From: Raillietiella orientalis
Taxonomy: Eukaryota
DNA length: 64,000 bases
Reading direction: 5' to 3'
Assembly (NCBI GenBank): GCA_036172245.1
Contig: JAYWIR010000084.1
Location: forward strand, 248,001 to 312,000
Made by a program: the position numbers and the translations under genes. Each line of letters begins with the position of its first letter. The stretch's first letter is position 1. Below are positions 34,101 to 49,100 of the stretch, piece by piece. The notes beneath the pieces are model-generated. The model saw nothing but the letters and a program-made list of their open reading frames with translations. It ran no database searches and was not told the origin of the DNA.

Positions 34101-37100
34101 TATCACATCCCCACTTTCTCGGAATCCCTTGCTCCAAGGGAAGCAATCATAGGAGAACCGAACTAATATCAAGATGGCAGGATTGGTGGTAGTCTGGTTT
34201 TCATGGCAACCATTTTTGCAATGGAGAGATGAAGTTTTCTTCCCTCCATCTTTCTTATTTCAGTGCAAATTTGCAGTGTCTGGTGATTTCAAGAAAATTT
34301 CTATAATGTCTATTACATCGTTCGGCACCTTCCGAGCATCCGAACGGATTCCTTTCCCCATGTATGCAAAAACACCTTTATCACATCCCCACTTCCTCCG
34401 AATCTCTTGCTCCACGTGAAGAAATCATAGGAGAACCGAACTAATTTCAAGATGGCAGGATTGGTGTTAGTCTGGTTTTCATGGCAACCATTTTTGCAAT
34501 GGACAGATGAAGTTTTTTACCCTCCATCTTCCTTTTTTCAGTGCAAATTTGCAGTGTCTGCTGATATCTAATTAATTTCTATAATGTCGATTACATCTTT
34601 AACCTCCTTTTGAGCATCCGAACGGATTCCTTTCCCCATGAATGCAAAGGCACCTTTATCACATCCCCACTTCCTCGGAATCCCTTGCTCCAAGGGAAGA
34701 AATCATAGGAGAACCGAACTAATTTCAAGATGGCAGGATTTGTGTTAGTCTGGTTTTCATGGCAACCATTTTTGCAATGGACAGATGAAGTTTTTTACCC
34801 TCCATCTTCCTGTTTTCAGTGCAAATTTGCAGTGTCTGCTGATATCTAATCAATTTCTATAATGTCGATTACATCTTTAAGCTCCTTCCGAGCATCCGAA
34901 CGGATTCCTTTCCCCGTGGATGCAACGGCACCTTTATCACATCCCCGCTTCCTCGGAATCCCTTGCTCCAAGGGAAGAAATCATAGGAGAACCGAACTAA
35001 TTTCAAGATGGCAGGATTGTTGTTAGTCTGGTTTTCATGGCAACCATTTTTGCAATGGAGAGATGAAGTTTTCTTCCCTCCATCTTTCTTATTTCAGTGC
35101 AAATTTGCAGTGTCTGGTGATTTCAAGAAAATTTCTATAATGTCTATTACATCGTTCGGCACCTTCCGAGCATCCGAACGGATTCCTTTCCCCATGTATG
35201 CAAAAACACCTTTATCACATCCCCACTTCCTCCGAATCTCTTGCTCCACGTGAAGAAATCATAGGAGAACCGAACTAATTTCAAGATGGCAGGATTGGTG
35301 TTAGTCTGGTTTTCATGGCAACCATTTTTGCAATGGACAGATGAAGTTTTTTACCCTCCATCTTCCTTTTTTCAGTGCAAATTTGCAGTGTCTGCTGATA
35401 TCTAATAATTTCTATAATGTCGATTACATCTTTAAGCTCCTTCCGAGCATCCGAACGGATTCCTTTCCCCGTGGATGCAACGGCACCTTTATCACATCCC
35501 CACTTCCTCGGAATCCCTTGCTCCAAGGGAAGAAATCATAGGAGAACCGAACTAATTTCAAGATGGCAGGATTTGTGTTAGTCTGGTTTTCATGGCAACC
35601 TTTTTTGCAATGGACAGATGAAGTTTTTTACCCTCCATCTTCCTTTTTCAGTGCAAATTTGCAGTGTCTGGTGATTTCAAGACAATTTCTATAATGTCTA
35701 TTGCATCGTTCGGCTCCTTCCGAGCATCCGAACGGATTCCTTTCCCCGTGGATGCAACGGAACCTTTATCACATCCCCACTTCCTCGGAATCCCTTGCTC
35801 CAAGGGAAGAAATCATAGGAGAACCGAACTAATTTCAAGATGGCAGGATTGGTGTTAGTCTGGTTTTCATGGCAACCATTTTTGCAATGGACAGATGAAG
35901 TTTTTTACCCTCCATCTTCCTTTTTTCAGTGCAAATTTGCAGTGTCTGCTGATATCTAATCAATTTCTAAAATGTCGATTACATCTTTAAGCTCCTTCCG
36001 AGCATCCGAACGGATTCCTTTCCCCGTGGATGCAACGGAACCTTTATCACATCCCCACTTCCTCGGAATCCCTTGCTCCAAGGGAAGAAATCATAGGAGA
36101 ACCGAACTAATTTCAAGATGGCAGGATTGGTGTTAGTCTGGTTTTCATGGCAACCATTTTTGCAATGGAGAGATGAAGGTTTTTACCCTCCATCTTCCTT
36201 TTTTCAGTGCAAATTTGCAGTGTCTGGTGATATCTAATCAATTTCTATAATGTCGATTACATCTTTATGCTCCTCCCGAGCATTCGAACGGATTCCTTTC
36301 CCCGTGGATGCAACGGAACCTTTATCACATCCCCACTTCCTCGGAATCCCTTGCTCCAAGGGAAGAAATCATAGGAGAACCGAACTAATTTCAAGATGGC
36401 AGGATTGGTGTTAGTCTGGTTTTCATGGCAACCATTTTTGCAATGGACAGATGAAGTTTTTTACCCTCCATCTTCCTTTTTTCAGTGCAAATTTGCAGTG
36501 TCTGCTGATATCTAATTAATTTCTATAATGTCGATTACATCTTTAACCTCCTTTTGAGCATCCGAACGGATTCCTTTCCCCATGGATGCAAAGGCACCTT
36601 TATCACATCCCCGCTTCCTCGGAATCCCTTGCTCCAAGGGAAGAAATCATAGGAGAACCGAACTAATTTCAAGATGGCAGGATTGGTGTTAGTCTGGTTT
36701 TCATGGCAACCATTTTTGCAATGGACAGATGAAGTTTTTTACCCTCCATCTTCCTTTTTTCAGTGCAAATTTGCAGTGTCTGCTGATATCTAATCAATTT
36801 CTATAATGTCTATTACATCTTTAAGCTCCTTCCGAGCATCCGAACGGATTCCTTTCCCCGTGGATGCAACGGCACCTTTATCACATCCCCACTTCCTCGG
36901 AATCCCTTGCTCCAAGGGAAGAAATCATAGGAGAACCGAACTAATTTCAAGATGGCAGGATTGGTGTTAGTCTGGTTTTCATGGCAACCATTTTTGCAAT
37001 GGACAGATGAAGTTTTTTACCCTCCATCTTCCTTTTTTCAGTGCAAATTTGCAGTGTCTGCTGATATCTAATTAATTTCTATAATGTCGATTACATCTTT

Positions 37101-40100
37101 AACCTCCTTTTGAGCATCCGAACGGATTCCTTTCCCCATGGATGCAAAGGCACCTTTATCACATCCCCGCTTCCTCGGAATCCCTTGCTCCAAGGGAAGA
37201 AATCATTTTAGAACCGAACTAATTTCAAGATGGCAGGATTGGTGTTAGTCTGGTTTTCATGGCAACCATTTTTGCAATGAAGAGATGTAGTTTTTTACCC
37301 TGCATCTTCCTTTTTTCAGTGCAAATTTGCAGAGTCTGGTGATTTCAAGAAAATTTCTATAATGTCTATTACATCGTTCGGCTCCTTCCGAGCATCCGAA
37401 CGTATTCCTTTCCCCATGTATGCAAAGGCACCTTTATCACATCCCCACTTCCTCGGAATCCCTTGCTCCAAGGGAAGAAATCATAGGAGAACCGAACTAA
37501 TTTCAAGATGGCAGGATTGGTGTTAGTCTGGTTTTCATGGCAACCATTTTTGCAATGGAGAGATGAAGTTTTCCTCCCTCCATCTTCCTTTTTTCAGTGC
37601 AAATTTGCAGTGTCTGGTGATTTCAAGACAATTTCTATAATGTCTATTACATCGTTCGGCTCCTTCCTAGCATCCGAACGGATTCCTTTCCCCATGGATG
37701 CAAAGGCACCTTTATCACATCCCCACTTCTTCCGAATCTCTTGCTCCACGTGAAGAAATCATAGGAGAACCGAACTAATTGCAAGATGGCAGGATTGGTG
37801 TTAGTCTGGTTTTCATGGCAACCATTTTTGCAAAGGACCGATGGAGTTTTTTTCTGTCCATCTTCCTATTTTCAGTGGAAATTTGCAGTGTCTGCTGATA
37901 TCTATTCAATTTCTATAATGTCTATTACATCGTTCGGCTCCTTCCGAGCATCCGAACGGATTCCTTTCCCCATGTATGCAAAGGCACCTTTATCACATCC
38001 CCACTTTCTCGGAATCCCTTGCTCCAAGGGAAGCAATCATAGGAGAACCGAACTAATTTCAAGATGGCAGGATTGGTGGTAGTCCGGTTTTCTTGGCAAC
38101 CATTTTTGCAATGGACAGATGAAGTTTTTTACCCTCCATCTTCCTGATTTCAGTGCAAATTTGCAGTGTCTGCTGATATCTAATCAATTTCTATAATGTC
38201 TATTACATCGTTCGGCTCCTTCCGAGCATCCGAACGGATTCCTTTCCCCATGGATGCAAAGGCACCTTTATCACATCCCCACTTCCTCGGAATCCCTTGC
38301 TCCAAGGGAAGAAATCATAGGAGAACCGAACTAATTTCAAGATGGCAGGATTGGTGTTAGTCTGGTTTTCATGGCAACCATTTTTGCAATGGACAGATGA
38401 AGTTTTTTACCCTCCATCTTCCTTTTTTCAGTGCAAATTTGCAGTGTCTGCTGATATCTAATCAATTTCTAAAATGTCGATTACATCTTTAAGCTCCTTC
38501 CTAGCATCCCAACGGACTCCTTTCCCCGTGGATGCAACGGCACCTTCATCACATCCCCACTTCCTCGGAATCCCTTGCTCCAAGGGAAGAAATCATAGGA
38601 GAACCGAACTAATTTCAAGATGGCAGGATTTGTGTTAGTCTGGTTTTCATGGCAACCTTTTTTGCAATGGACAGATGAAGTTTTTTACCCTCCATCTTCC
38701 TTTTTCAGTGCAAATTTGCAGTGTCTGGTGATTTCAAGACAATTTCTATAATGTCTATTGCATCGTTCGGCTCCTTCCGAGCATCCGAACGGATTCCTTT
38801 CCCCATGGATGCAAAGGCACCTTTATCACATCCCCACTTCCTCGGAATCCCTTGCTCCAAGGGAAGAAATCATAGGAGAACCGAACTAATTTCAAGATGG
38901 CAGGATTGGTGTTAGTCTGGTTTTCATGGCAACCATTTTTGCAATGGACAGATGAAGTTTTTTACCCTCCATCTTCCTTTTTTCAGTGCAAATTTGCAGT
39001 GTCTGCTGATATCTAATTAATTTCTATAATGTCGATTACATCTTTAACCTCCTTTCGAGCATCCGAACGGATTCCTTTCCCCGTGGATGCAACGGAACCT
39101 TTATCACATCCCCGCTTCCTCGGAATCCCTTGCTCCAAAGGAAGAAATCATAGGAGAACAGAACTAATTTCAAGATGGCAGGATTGGTGTTAGTCTGGTT
39201 TTCATGGCAACCATTTTTGCAATGGAGAGATGAAGTTTTCTTCCCTCCATCTTCCTTTTTTCAGTGCAAATTTGCAGTGTCTGTTGATTTCAAGACAATT
39301 TCTATAATGTCTATTACATGGTTCGGCTGCTAGCGAGCATCCGAACGGATTCCTTTCCCCATGGATGCAAAGGCACCTTTATCACATCCCCACTTCCTCC
39401 GAATCTCTTGCTCCACGTGAAGAAATCATAGGAGAACCGAACTAATTGCAACATGGCAGGACAGGTGTTAGTCTGGTTCTCATGGCAATCATTTTTGCAA
39501 AGGACAGATGAAGTTTTTTTCTCTCCATCTTCCTATTTTCAGTGCAAATTTGCAGTGTCTGCTGATATCTAATCAATTTCTATAATGTCGATTACATCTT
39601 TAAGCTCCTTCCGAGCATCCGAACGGATTCCTTCCCCCATGGATGCAAAAGCACCTTTATCACATCCCCGCTTGCTCGGAATCCCTTGCTCCAAGGGAAG
39701 AAATCATAGGAGAACCGAACTAATTGCAAGATGGCAGGACAGGTGTTAGTCTGGTTTTCATGGCAACCATTTTTGCAATGGAGAGATGAAGTTTTTTACC
39801 CTCCATCTTCCTTTTTTCAGTGCAAATTTGCAGTGTCTGCTGATATCTAATCAATTTCTATAATGTCGATTACATCTTTAAGCTCCTTCCGAGCATCCGA
39901 ACGGATTCCTTTCCCCGTGGATGCAACGGAACCTTTATCACATCCCCACTTCCTCGGAATCCCTTGCTCCAAGGGAAGAAATCATAGGAGAACCGAACTA
40001 ATTTCAAGATGGCAGGATTGGTGTTAGTCTGGTTTTCATGGCAACCATTTGTGCAATGGAGAGATGAAGTTTTCTTCCCTCCATCTTCGTTTTTTCAGTG

Positions 40101-43100
40101 CAAATTTGCAGTGTCTGGTGATTTCAAGACAATTTCTATAATGTCTATTACATCGTTCGGCTCCTTTCGAGCATCCGAACGGAATCCTTTCCCCGTGGAT
40201 GCAAAGGCACCTTTATCACATCCCCACTTCCTCCGAAACTTTAGCTCCACGAGAAGAAATCAAAGGAGAACCGAACTAATTTCAAGATGGAAGGATTGGT
40301 GGTAGTCCGGTTTTCATGGCAACCATTTTTGAATGGACAGATGAAGTTTTTTTCCCTCCATCTTCCTGATTTCAGTGCAAATTTGCAGTGTCTGCTGATA
40401 TCTAATCAATTTTTTTAATGTCTATTACATCTTTAAGCTCCTTCCGAGCATCCGAACAGATTCCTTTCCCCATGGTTGCAAAGGCACCTTTATCACATCC
40501 CCACTTCCTCGGAATCCCTTGCTCCAAGGGAAGAAATCATAGGAGAACCGAACTAATTTCAAGATGGCAGGATTGGTGTTAGTCCGGTTTTCATGGCAAC
40601 CTTTTTTGCAATGGACAGATGAAGTTTTTTACCCTCCATCTTCCTTTATTTCAGTGCAAATTTGCAGTGTCTGCTGATATCTAATTAATTTCTATAATGT
40701 CGATTACATCTTTAACCTCCTTTTGAGCATCCGAACGGATTCCTTTCCCCGTGGATGCAACGGAACCTTTATCACATCCCCGCTTCCTCGGAATCCCTTG
40801 CTCCAAAGGAAGAAATCATAGGAGAACAGAACTAATTTCAAGATGGCAGGATTGGTGTTAGTCTGGTTTTCATGGCAACCATTTTTGCAATGGAGAGATG
40901 AAGTTTTCTTCCCTCCATCTTCCTTTTTTCAGTGCAAATTTGCAGTGTCTGTTGATTTGAAGACAATTTCTATAATGTCTATTACATCGTTCGGCTGCTT
41001 GCGAGCATCCGAACGGATTCCTTTCCCCATGGATGCAAAGGCACCTTTATCACATCCCCACTTCCTCCGAATCTCTTGCTCCACGTGAAGAAATCATAGG
41101 AGAACCGAACTAATTGCAAGATGGCAGGACAGGTGTTAGTCTGGTTCTCATGGCAATCATTTTTGCAAAGGACAGATGAAGTTTTTTTCTCTCCATCTTC
41201 CTATTTTCAGTGCAAATTTGCAGTGTCTGCTGATATCTAATCAATTTCTATAATGTCGATTACATCTTTAAGCTCCTTCCGAGCATCCGAACGGATTCCT
41301 TTCCCCGTGGATGCAACGGCACCTTTATCACATCCCCGCTTCCTCGGAATCCCTTGCTCCAAGGGAAGAAATCATAGGAGAACCGAACTAATTGCAAGAT
41401 GGCAGGACAGGTGTTAGTCTGGTTTTCATGGCAACTATTTTTGCAATGGAGAGATGAAGTTTTTTACCCTCCATCTTCCTTTTTCAGTGCAAATTTGCAG
41501 TGTCTGCTGATATCTAATCAATTTCTATAATGTCGATTACATCTTTAAGCTCCTTCCGAGCATCCGAACGGATTCCTTTCCCCGTGGATGCAACGGCACC
41601 TTTATCACATCCCCACTTCCTCGGAATCCCTTGCTCCAAGGGAAGAAATCATAGGAGAACCGAACTAATTTCAAGATGGCAGGATTGGTGTTAGTCTGGT
41701 TTTCATGGCAACCATTTTTGCAATGGAGAGATGAAGTTTTCTTCCCTCCATCTTCCTTTTTTCAGTGCAAATTTGCAGTGTCTGGTGATTTCAAGACAAT
41801 TTCTATAATGTCTATTACATCGTTCGGCTCCTTCCGAGCATCCGAACGGATTCCTTTCCCCATGGATGCAAAGGCACCTTTATCACATCCCCACTTCCTC
41901 GGAATCCCTTGCTCCAAGGGAAGAAATCATAGGAGAACCGAACTAATTTCAAGATGGCAGGATTGGTGTTAGTCTGGTTTTCATGGCAACCATTTTTGCA
42001 ATGGACAGATGAAGTTTTTTACCCTCCATCTTCCTTTTTCAGTGCAAATTTGCAGTGTCTGCTGATATCTAATCAATTTCTATAATGTCGATTACATCTT
42101 TAAGCTCCTTCCGAGCATCCGAACGGATTCCTTTCCCCGTGGATGCAACGGCACCTTTATCACATCCCCACTTCCTCGGAATCCCTTGCTCCAAGGGAAG
42201 AAATCATAGGAGAACCGAACTAATTTCAAGATGGCAGGATTGGTGTTAGTCTGGTTTTCATGGCAACCATTTTTGCAATGGAGAGATGAAGTTTTTTACC
42301 CTCCATCTTCCTTTTTTCAGTGCAAATTTGCAGTGTCTGGTGATTTCAAGACAATTTCTATAATGTCTATTACATCGTTCGGCTCCTTCCGAGCATCCGA
42401 ACGGATTCCTTTCCCCATGGATGCAAAGGCACCTTTATCACATCCCCACTTCCTCGGAATCCCTTGCTCCAAGGGAAGAAATCATAGGAGAACCGAACTA
42501 ATTTCAAGATGGCAGGATTGGTGTTAGTCTGGTTTTCATGGCAACCTTTTTGCAATGGACAGATGAAGTTTTCTTCCCTCCATCTTCCTTTTTTCAGTGC
42601 AAATTTGCAGTGTCTGGTGATTTCAAGACAATTTCTATAATGTCTATTACATCGTTCGGCTCCTTCCGAGCATCCGAACGGATTCCTTTCCCCATGGATA
42701 CAAAGGCACCTTTATCACATCCCCACTTCCTCGGAATCCCTTGCTCCGCAAGAAGAAATCATAGGATAACCGAACTAATTTCATGAGTGCAGGATTGGTG
42801 TTAGTCTGGTTTTCATGGCAACCATTTTTGCAATGGACAGATGAAGTTTTCTTCCCTCCATCTTCCTTTTTTCAGTGCAAATTTGCAGTGTCTGGTGATT
42901 TCAAGACAATTTCTATAATGTCTATTACATCGTTCGGCTCCTTTCGAGCAACCGAACGGATTCCTTTCCCCATGGATGCAAAGGCACCTTTATCACATCC
43001 CCACTTCCTCCGAATTTCTTGCTCCGCGAGAAGAAATCATAGGATAACCGAACTAATTTCAAGAGTGCAGGATTGGTGTTAGTCTGGTTTTCATGGCAAC

Positions 43101-46100
43101 CTTTTTTGCAATGGAGAGATGAAGTTTTTTACCCTCCATGTTCCTTTTTTCAGTGCAAATTTGCTGTGTCTGCTGATATCTAATAATTTCTATAATGTCG
43201 ATTACATCTTTAAGCTCCTTCCGAGCATCTGAACGGATTCCTTTCCCCGTGGATGCAAAGGCACCTTTATCACATCCCCACTTCCTCCGAAACTTTAGCT
43301 CCACGAGAAGAAATCATAGGAGAACCGAAATAATTTCAAGATGGCAGGATTGGTGTTAGTCTGGTTTTCATGGCAACCTTTTTTGCAATGGACAGATAAA
43401 GTTTTCTTCCCTTCGATCTTCCTTTTTTCAGTGCAAATTTGCAGTGTCTGCTGATATCTAATCAATTTCTATAATGTCGATTACATCTTTAAGCTCCTTC
43501 CGAGCATCCGAACGGATTCCTTTCCCCGTGGATGCAACGGCACCTTTATCACATCCCCACTTCCTCGGAATCCCTTGCTCCAAGGGAAGAAATCATAGGA
43601 GAACCGAACTAATTTCAAGATGGCAGGATTGGTGTTAGTCTGGTTTTCATGGCAACCTTTTTTGCAATGGACAGATGAAGTTTTTTACCCTCCATCTTCC
43701 TTTTTCAGTGCAAATTTGCAGTGTCTGGTGATTTCAAGACAATTTCTATAATGTCTATTGCATCGTTCGGCTCCTTCCGAGCATCCGAACGGATTCCTTT
43801 CCCCGTGGATGCAACGGAACCTTTATCACATCCCCACTTCCTCGGAATCCCTTGCTCCAAGGGAAGAAATCATAGGAGAACCGAACTAATTTCAAGATGG
43901 CAGGATTGGTGTTAGTCTGGTTTTCATGGCAACCATTTTTGCAATGGACAGATGAAGTTTTTTACCCTCCATCTTCCTTTTTTCAGTGCAAATTTGCAGT
44001 GTCTGCTGATATCTAATTAATTTCTATAATGTCGATTACATCTTTAAGCTCCTTCCGAGCATCCGAACGGATTCCTTTCCCCATGGATGCAACGGCACCT
44101 TTATCACATCCCCGCTTCCTCGGAATCCCTTGCTCCAAGGGAAGAAATCATTTTAGAACCGAACTAATTTCAAGATGGCAGGATTGGTGTTAGTCTGGTT
44201 TTCATGGCAACCATTTTTGCAATGAAGAGATGTAGTTTTTTACCCTGCATCTTCCTTTTTTCAGTGCAAATTTGCAGAGTCTGGTGATTTCAAGAAAATT
44301 TCTATAATGTCTATTACATCGTTCGGCTCCTTCCGAGCATCCGAACGTATTCCTTTCCCCATGTATGCAAAGGCACCTTTATCACATCCCCACTTCCTCG
44401 GAATCCCTTGCTCCAAGGGAAGAAATCATAGGAGAACCGAACTAATTTCAAGATGGCAGGATTGGTGTTAGTCTGGTTTTCATGGCAACCATTTTTGCAA
44501 TGGAGAGATGAAGTTTTCCTCCCTCCATCTTCCTTTTTTCAGTGCAAATTTGCAGTGTCTGGTGATTTCAAGACAATTTCTATAATGTCTATTACATCGT
44601 TCGGCTCCTTCCTAGCATCCGAACGGATTCCTTTCCCCATGGATGCAAAGGCACCTTTATCACATCCCCACTTCTTCCGAATCTCTTGCTCCACGTGAAG
44701 AAATCATAGGAAAACCGAACTAATTGCAAGATGGCAGGATTGGTGTTAGTCTGGTTTTCATGGCAACCATTTTTGCAAAGGACCGATGGAGTTTTTTTCT
44801 GTCCATCTTCCTATTTTCAGTGGAAATTTGCAGTGTCTGCTGATATCTATTCAATTTCTATAATGTCTATTACATCGTTCGGCTCCTTCCGAGCATCCGA
44901 ACGGATTCCTTTCCCCATGTATGCAAAGGCACCTTTATCACATCCCCACTTCCTCGGAATCCCTTGCTCCAAGGGAAGAAATCATAGGAGAACCGAACTA
45001 ATTTCAAGATGGCAGGATTGGTGTTAGTCTGGTTTTCATGGCAACCATTTTTGCAATGGAGAGATGAAGTTTTCTTCCCTCCATCTTTCTTATTTCAGTG
45101 CAAATTTGCAGTGTCTGGTGATTTCAAGAAAATTTCTATAATGTCTATTACATCGTTCGGCACCTTCCGAGCATCCGAACGGATTCCTTTCCCCATGTAT
45201 GCAAAAGCACCTTTATCACATCCCCACTTCCTCCGAATCTCTTGCTCCACGTGAAGAAATCATAGGAGAACCGAACTAATTTCAAGATGGCAGGATTGGT
45301 GTTAGTCTGGTTTTCATGGCAACCATTTTTGCAATGGACAGATGAAGTTTTTTACCCTCCATCTTCCTTTTTTCAGTGCAAATTTGCAGTGTCTGCTGAT
45401 ATCTAATTAATTTCTATAATGTCGATTACATCTTTAACCTCCTTTTGAGCATCCGAACGGATTCCTTTCCCCATGAATGCAAAGGCACCTTTATCACATC
45501 CCCACTTCCTCGGAATCCCTTGCTCCAAGGGAAGAAATCATAGGAGAACCGAACTAATTTCAAGATGGCAGGATTTGTGTTAGTCTGGTTTTCATGGCAA
45601 CCATTTTTGCAATGGACAGATGAAGTTTTTTACCCTCCATCTTCCTTTTTTCAGTGCAAATTTGCAGTGTCTGCTGATATCTAATCAATTTCTATAATGT
45701 CGATTACATCTTTAAGCTCCTTCCGAGCATCCGAACGGATTCCTTTCCCCGTGGATGCAACGGCACCTTTATCACATCCCCACTTCCTCGGAATCCCTTG
45801 CTCCAAGGGAAGAAATCATAGGAGAACCGAACTAATTTCAAGATGGCAGGATTGTTGTTAGTCTGGTTTTCATGGCAACCATTTTTGCAATGGAGAGATG
45901 AAGTTTTCTTCCCTCCATCTTTCTTATTTCAGTGCAAATTTGCAGTGTCTGGTGATTTCAAGAAAATTTCTATAATGTCTATTACATCGTTCGGCACCTT
46001 CCGAGCATCCGAACGGATTCCTTTCCCCATGTATGCAAAAACACCTTTATCACATCCCCACTTCCTCCGAATCTCTTGCTCCACGTGAAGAAATCATAGG

Positions 46101-49100
46101 AGAACCGAACTAATTTCAAGATGGCAGGATTGGTGTTAGTCTGGTTTTCATGGCAACCATTTTTGCAATGGACAGATGAAGTTTTTTACCCTCCATCTTC
46201 CTTTTTTCAGTGCAAATTTGCAGTGTCTGCTGATATCTAATTAATTTCTATAATGTCGATTACATCTTTAACCTCCTTTTGAGCATCCGAACGGATTCCT
46301 TTCCCCATGAATGCAAAGGCACCTTTATCACATCCCCACTTCCTCGGAATCCCTTGCTCCAAGGGAAGAAATCATAGGAGAACCGAACTAATTTCAAGAT
46401 GGCAGGATTTGTGTTAGTCTGGTTTTCATGGCAACCATTTTTGCAATGGACAGATGAAGTTTTTTACCCTCCATCTTCCTTTTTTCAGTGCAAATTTGCA
46501 GTGTCTGCTGATATCTAATCAATTTCTAAAATGTCGATTACATCTTTAAGCTCCTTCCGAGCATCCGAACGGATTCCTTTCCCCGTGGATGCAACGGAAC
46601 CTTTATCACATCCCCACTTCCTCGGAATCCCTTGCTCCAAGGGAAGAAATCATAGGAGAACCGAACTAATTTCAAGATGGCAGGATTGGTGTTAGTCTGG
46701 TTTTCATGGCAACCATTTTTGCAATGGAGAGATGAAGGTTTTTACCCTCCATCTTCCTTTTTTCAGTGCAAATTTGCAGTGTCTGGTGATATCTAATCAA
46801 TTTCTATAATGTCGATTACATCTTTATGCTCCTTCCGAGCATTCGAACGGATTCCTTTCCCCGTGGATGCAACGGAACCTTTATCACATCCCCACTTCCT
46901 AGGAATCCCTTGCTCCAAGGGAAGAAATCATAGGAGAACCGAACTAATTTCAAGATGGCAGGATTGGTGTTAGTCTGGTTTTCATGGCAACCATTTTTGC
47001 AATGGAGAGATGAAGTTTTCTTCCCTCCATCTTTCTTATTTCAGTGCAAATTTGCAGTGTCTGGTGATTTCAAGAAAATTTCTATAATGTCTATTACATC
47101 GTTCGGCACCTTCCGAGCATCCGAACGGATTCCTTTCCCCATGTATGCAAAAACACCTTTATCACATCCCCACTTCCTCCGAATCTCTTGCTCCACGTGA
47201 AGAAATCATACGAGAACCGAACTAATTGCAAGATGGCAGGACAGGTGTTAGTCTGGTTCTCATGGCAATCATTTTTGCAAAGGACAGATGAAGTATTTTT
47301 CCCTCCATCTTCCTGATTTCAGTGGAAATTTGCAGTGTCTGCTGATATCTAATCAATTTCTATAATGTCGATTACATCTTTAAGCTCCTTCCGAGCATCC
47401 GAACGGATTCCTTTCCCCGTGGATGCAACGGCACCTTTATCACATCCCCACTTCCTCGGAATCCCTTGCTCCAAGGGAAGAAATCATAGGAGAACCGAAC
47501 TAATTTCAAGATGGCAGGATTTGTGTTAGTCTGGTTTTCATGGCAACCATTTTTGCAATGGACAGATGAAGTTTTTTACTCTCCATCTTCCTTTTTTCAG
47601 TGCAAATTTGCAGTGTCTGCTGATATCTAATCAATTTCTAAAATGTCGATTACATCTTTAAGCTCCTTCCGAGCATCCGAACGGATTCCTTTCCCCGTGG
47701 ATGCAACGGCACCTTCATCACATCCCCACTTCCTCGGAATCCCTTGCTCCAAGGGAAGAAATCATAGGAGAACCGAACTAATTTCAAGATGGCAGGATTT
47801 GTGTTAGTCTGGTTTTCATGGCAACCTTTTTTGCAATGGACAGATGAAGTTTTTTACCCTCCATCTTCCTTTTTCAGTGCAAATTTGCAGTGTCTGGTGA
47901 TTTCAAGACAATTTCTATAATGTCTATTGCATCGTTCGGCTCCTTCCGAGCATCCGAACGGATTCCTTTCCCCGTGGATGCAACGGAACCTTCATCACAT
48001 CCCCACTTCCTCGGAATCCCTTGCTCCAAGGGAAGAAATCATAGGAGAACCGAACTAATTTCAAGATGGCAGGATTGGTGTTAGTCTGGTTTTCATGGCA
48101 ACCATTTTTGCAATGGACAGATGAAGTTTTTTACCCTCCATCTTCCTTTTTTCAGTGCAAATTTGCAGTGTCTGCTGATATCTAATTAATTTCTATAATG
48201 TCGATTACATCTTTAACCTCCTTTTGAGCATCCGAACGGATTCCTTTCCCCATGGATGCAAAGGCACCTTTATCACATCCCCGCTTCCTCGGAATCCCTT
48301 GCTCCAAGGGAAGAAATCATAGGAGAACCGAACTAATTTCAAGATGGCAGGATTGGTGTTAGTCTGGTTTTCATGGCAACCATTTTTGCAATGGACAGAT
48401 GAAGTTTTTTACCCTCCATCTTCCTTTTTTCAGTGCAAATTTGCAGTGTCTGCTGATATCTAATCAATTTCTATAATGTCGATTACATCTTTAAGCTCCT
48501 TCCGAGCATCCGAACGGATTCCTTTCCCCGTGGATGCAAGCACCTTTATCACATCCCCACTTCCTCGGAATCCCTTGCTCCAAGGGAAGAAATCATAGGA
48601 GAACCGAACTAATTTCAAGATGGCAGGATTGGTGTTAGTCTGGTTTTCATGGCAACCATTTTTGCAATGGACAGATGAAGTTTTTTACCCTCCATCTTCC
48701 TTTTTTCAGTGCAAATTTGCAGTGTCTGCTGATATCTAATTAATTTCTATAATGTCGATTACATTTTTAACCTCCTTTTGAGCATCCGAACGGATTCCTT
48801 TCCCCATGGATGCAAAGGCACCTTTATCACATCCCCGCTTCCTCGGAATCCCTTGCTCCAAGGGAAGAAATCATTTTAGAACCGAACTAATTTCAAGATG
48901 GCAGGATTGGTGTTAGTCCGGTTTTCATGGCAACCATTTTTGAATGGACAGATGAAGTTTTTTTCCCTCCATCTTCCTGATTTCAGTGCAAATTTGCAGT
49001 GTCTGCTGATATCTAATCAATTTTTTTAATGTCTATTACATCTTTAAGCTCCTTCCGAGCATCCGAACGGATTCCTTTCCCCATGGATGCAAAGGCACCT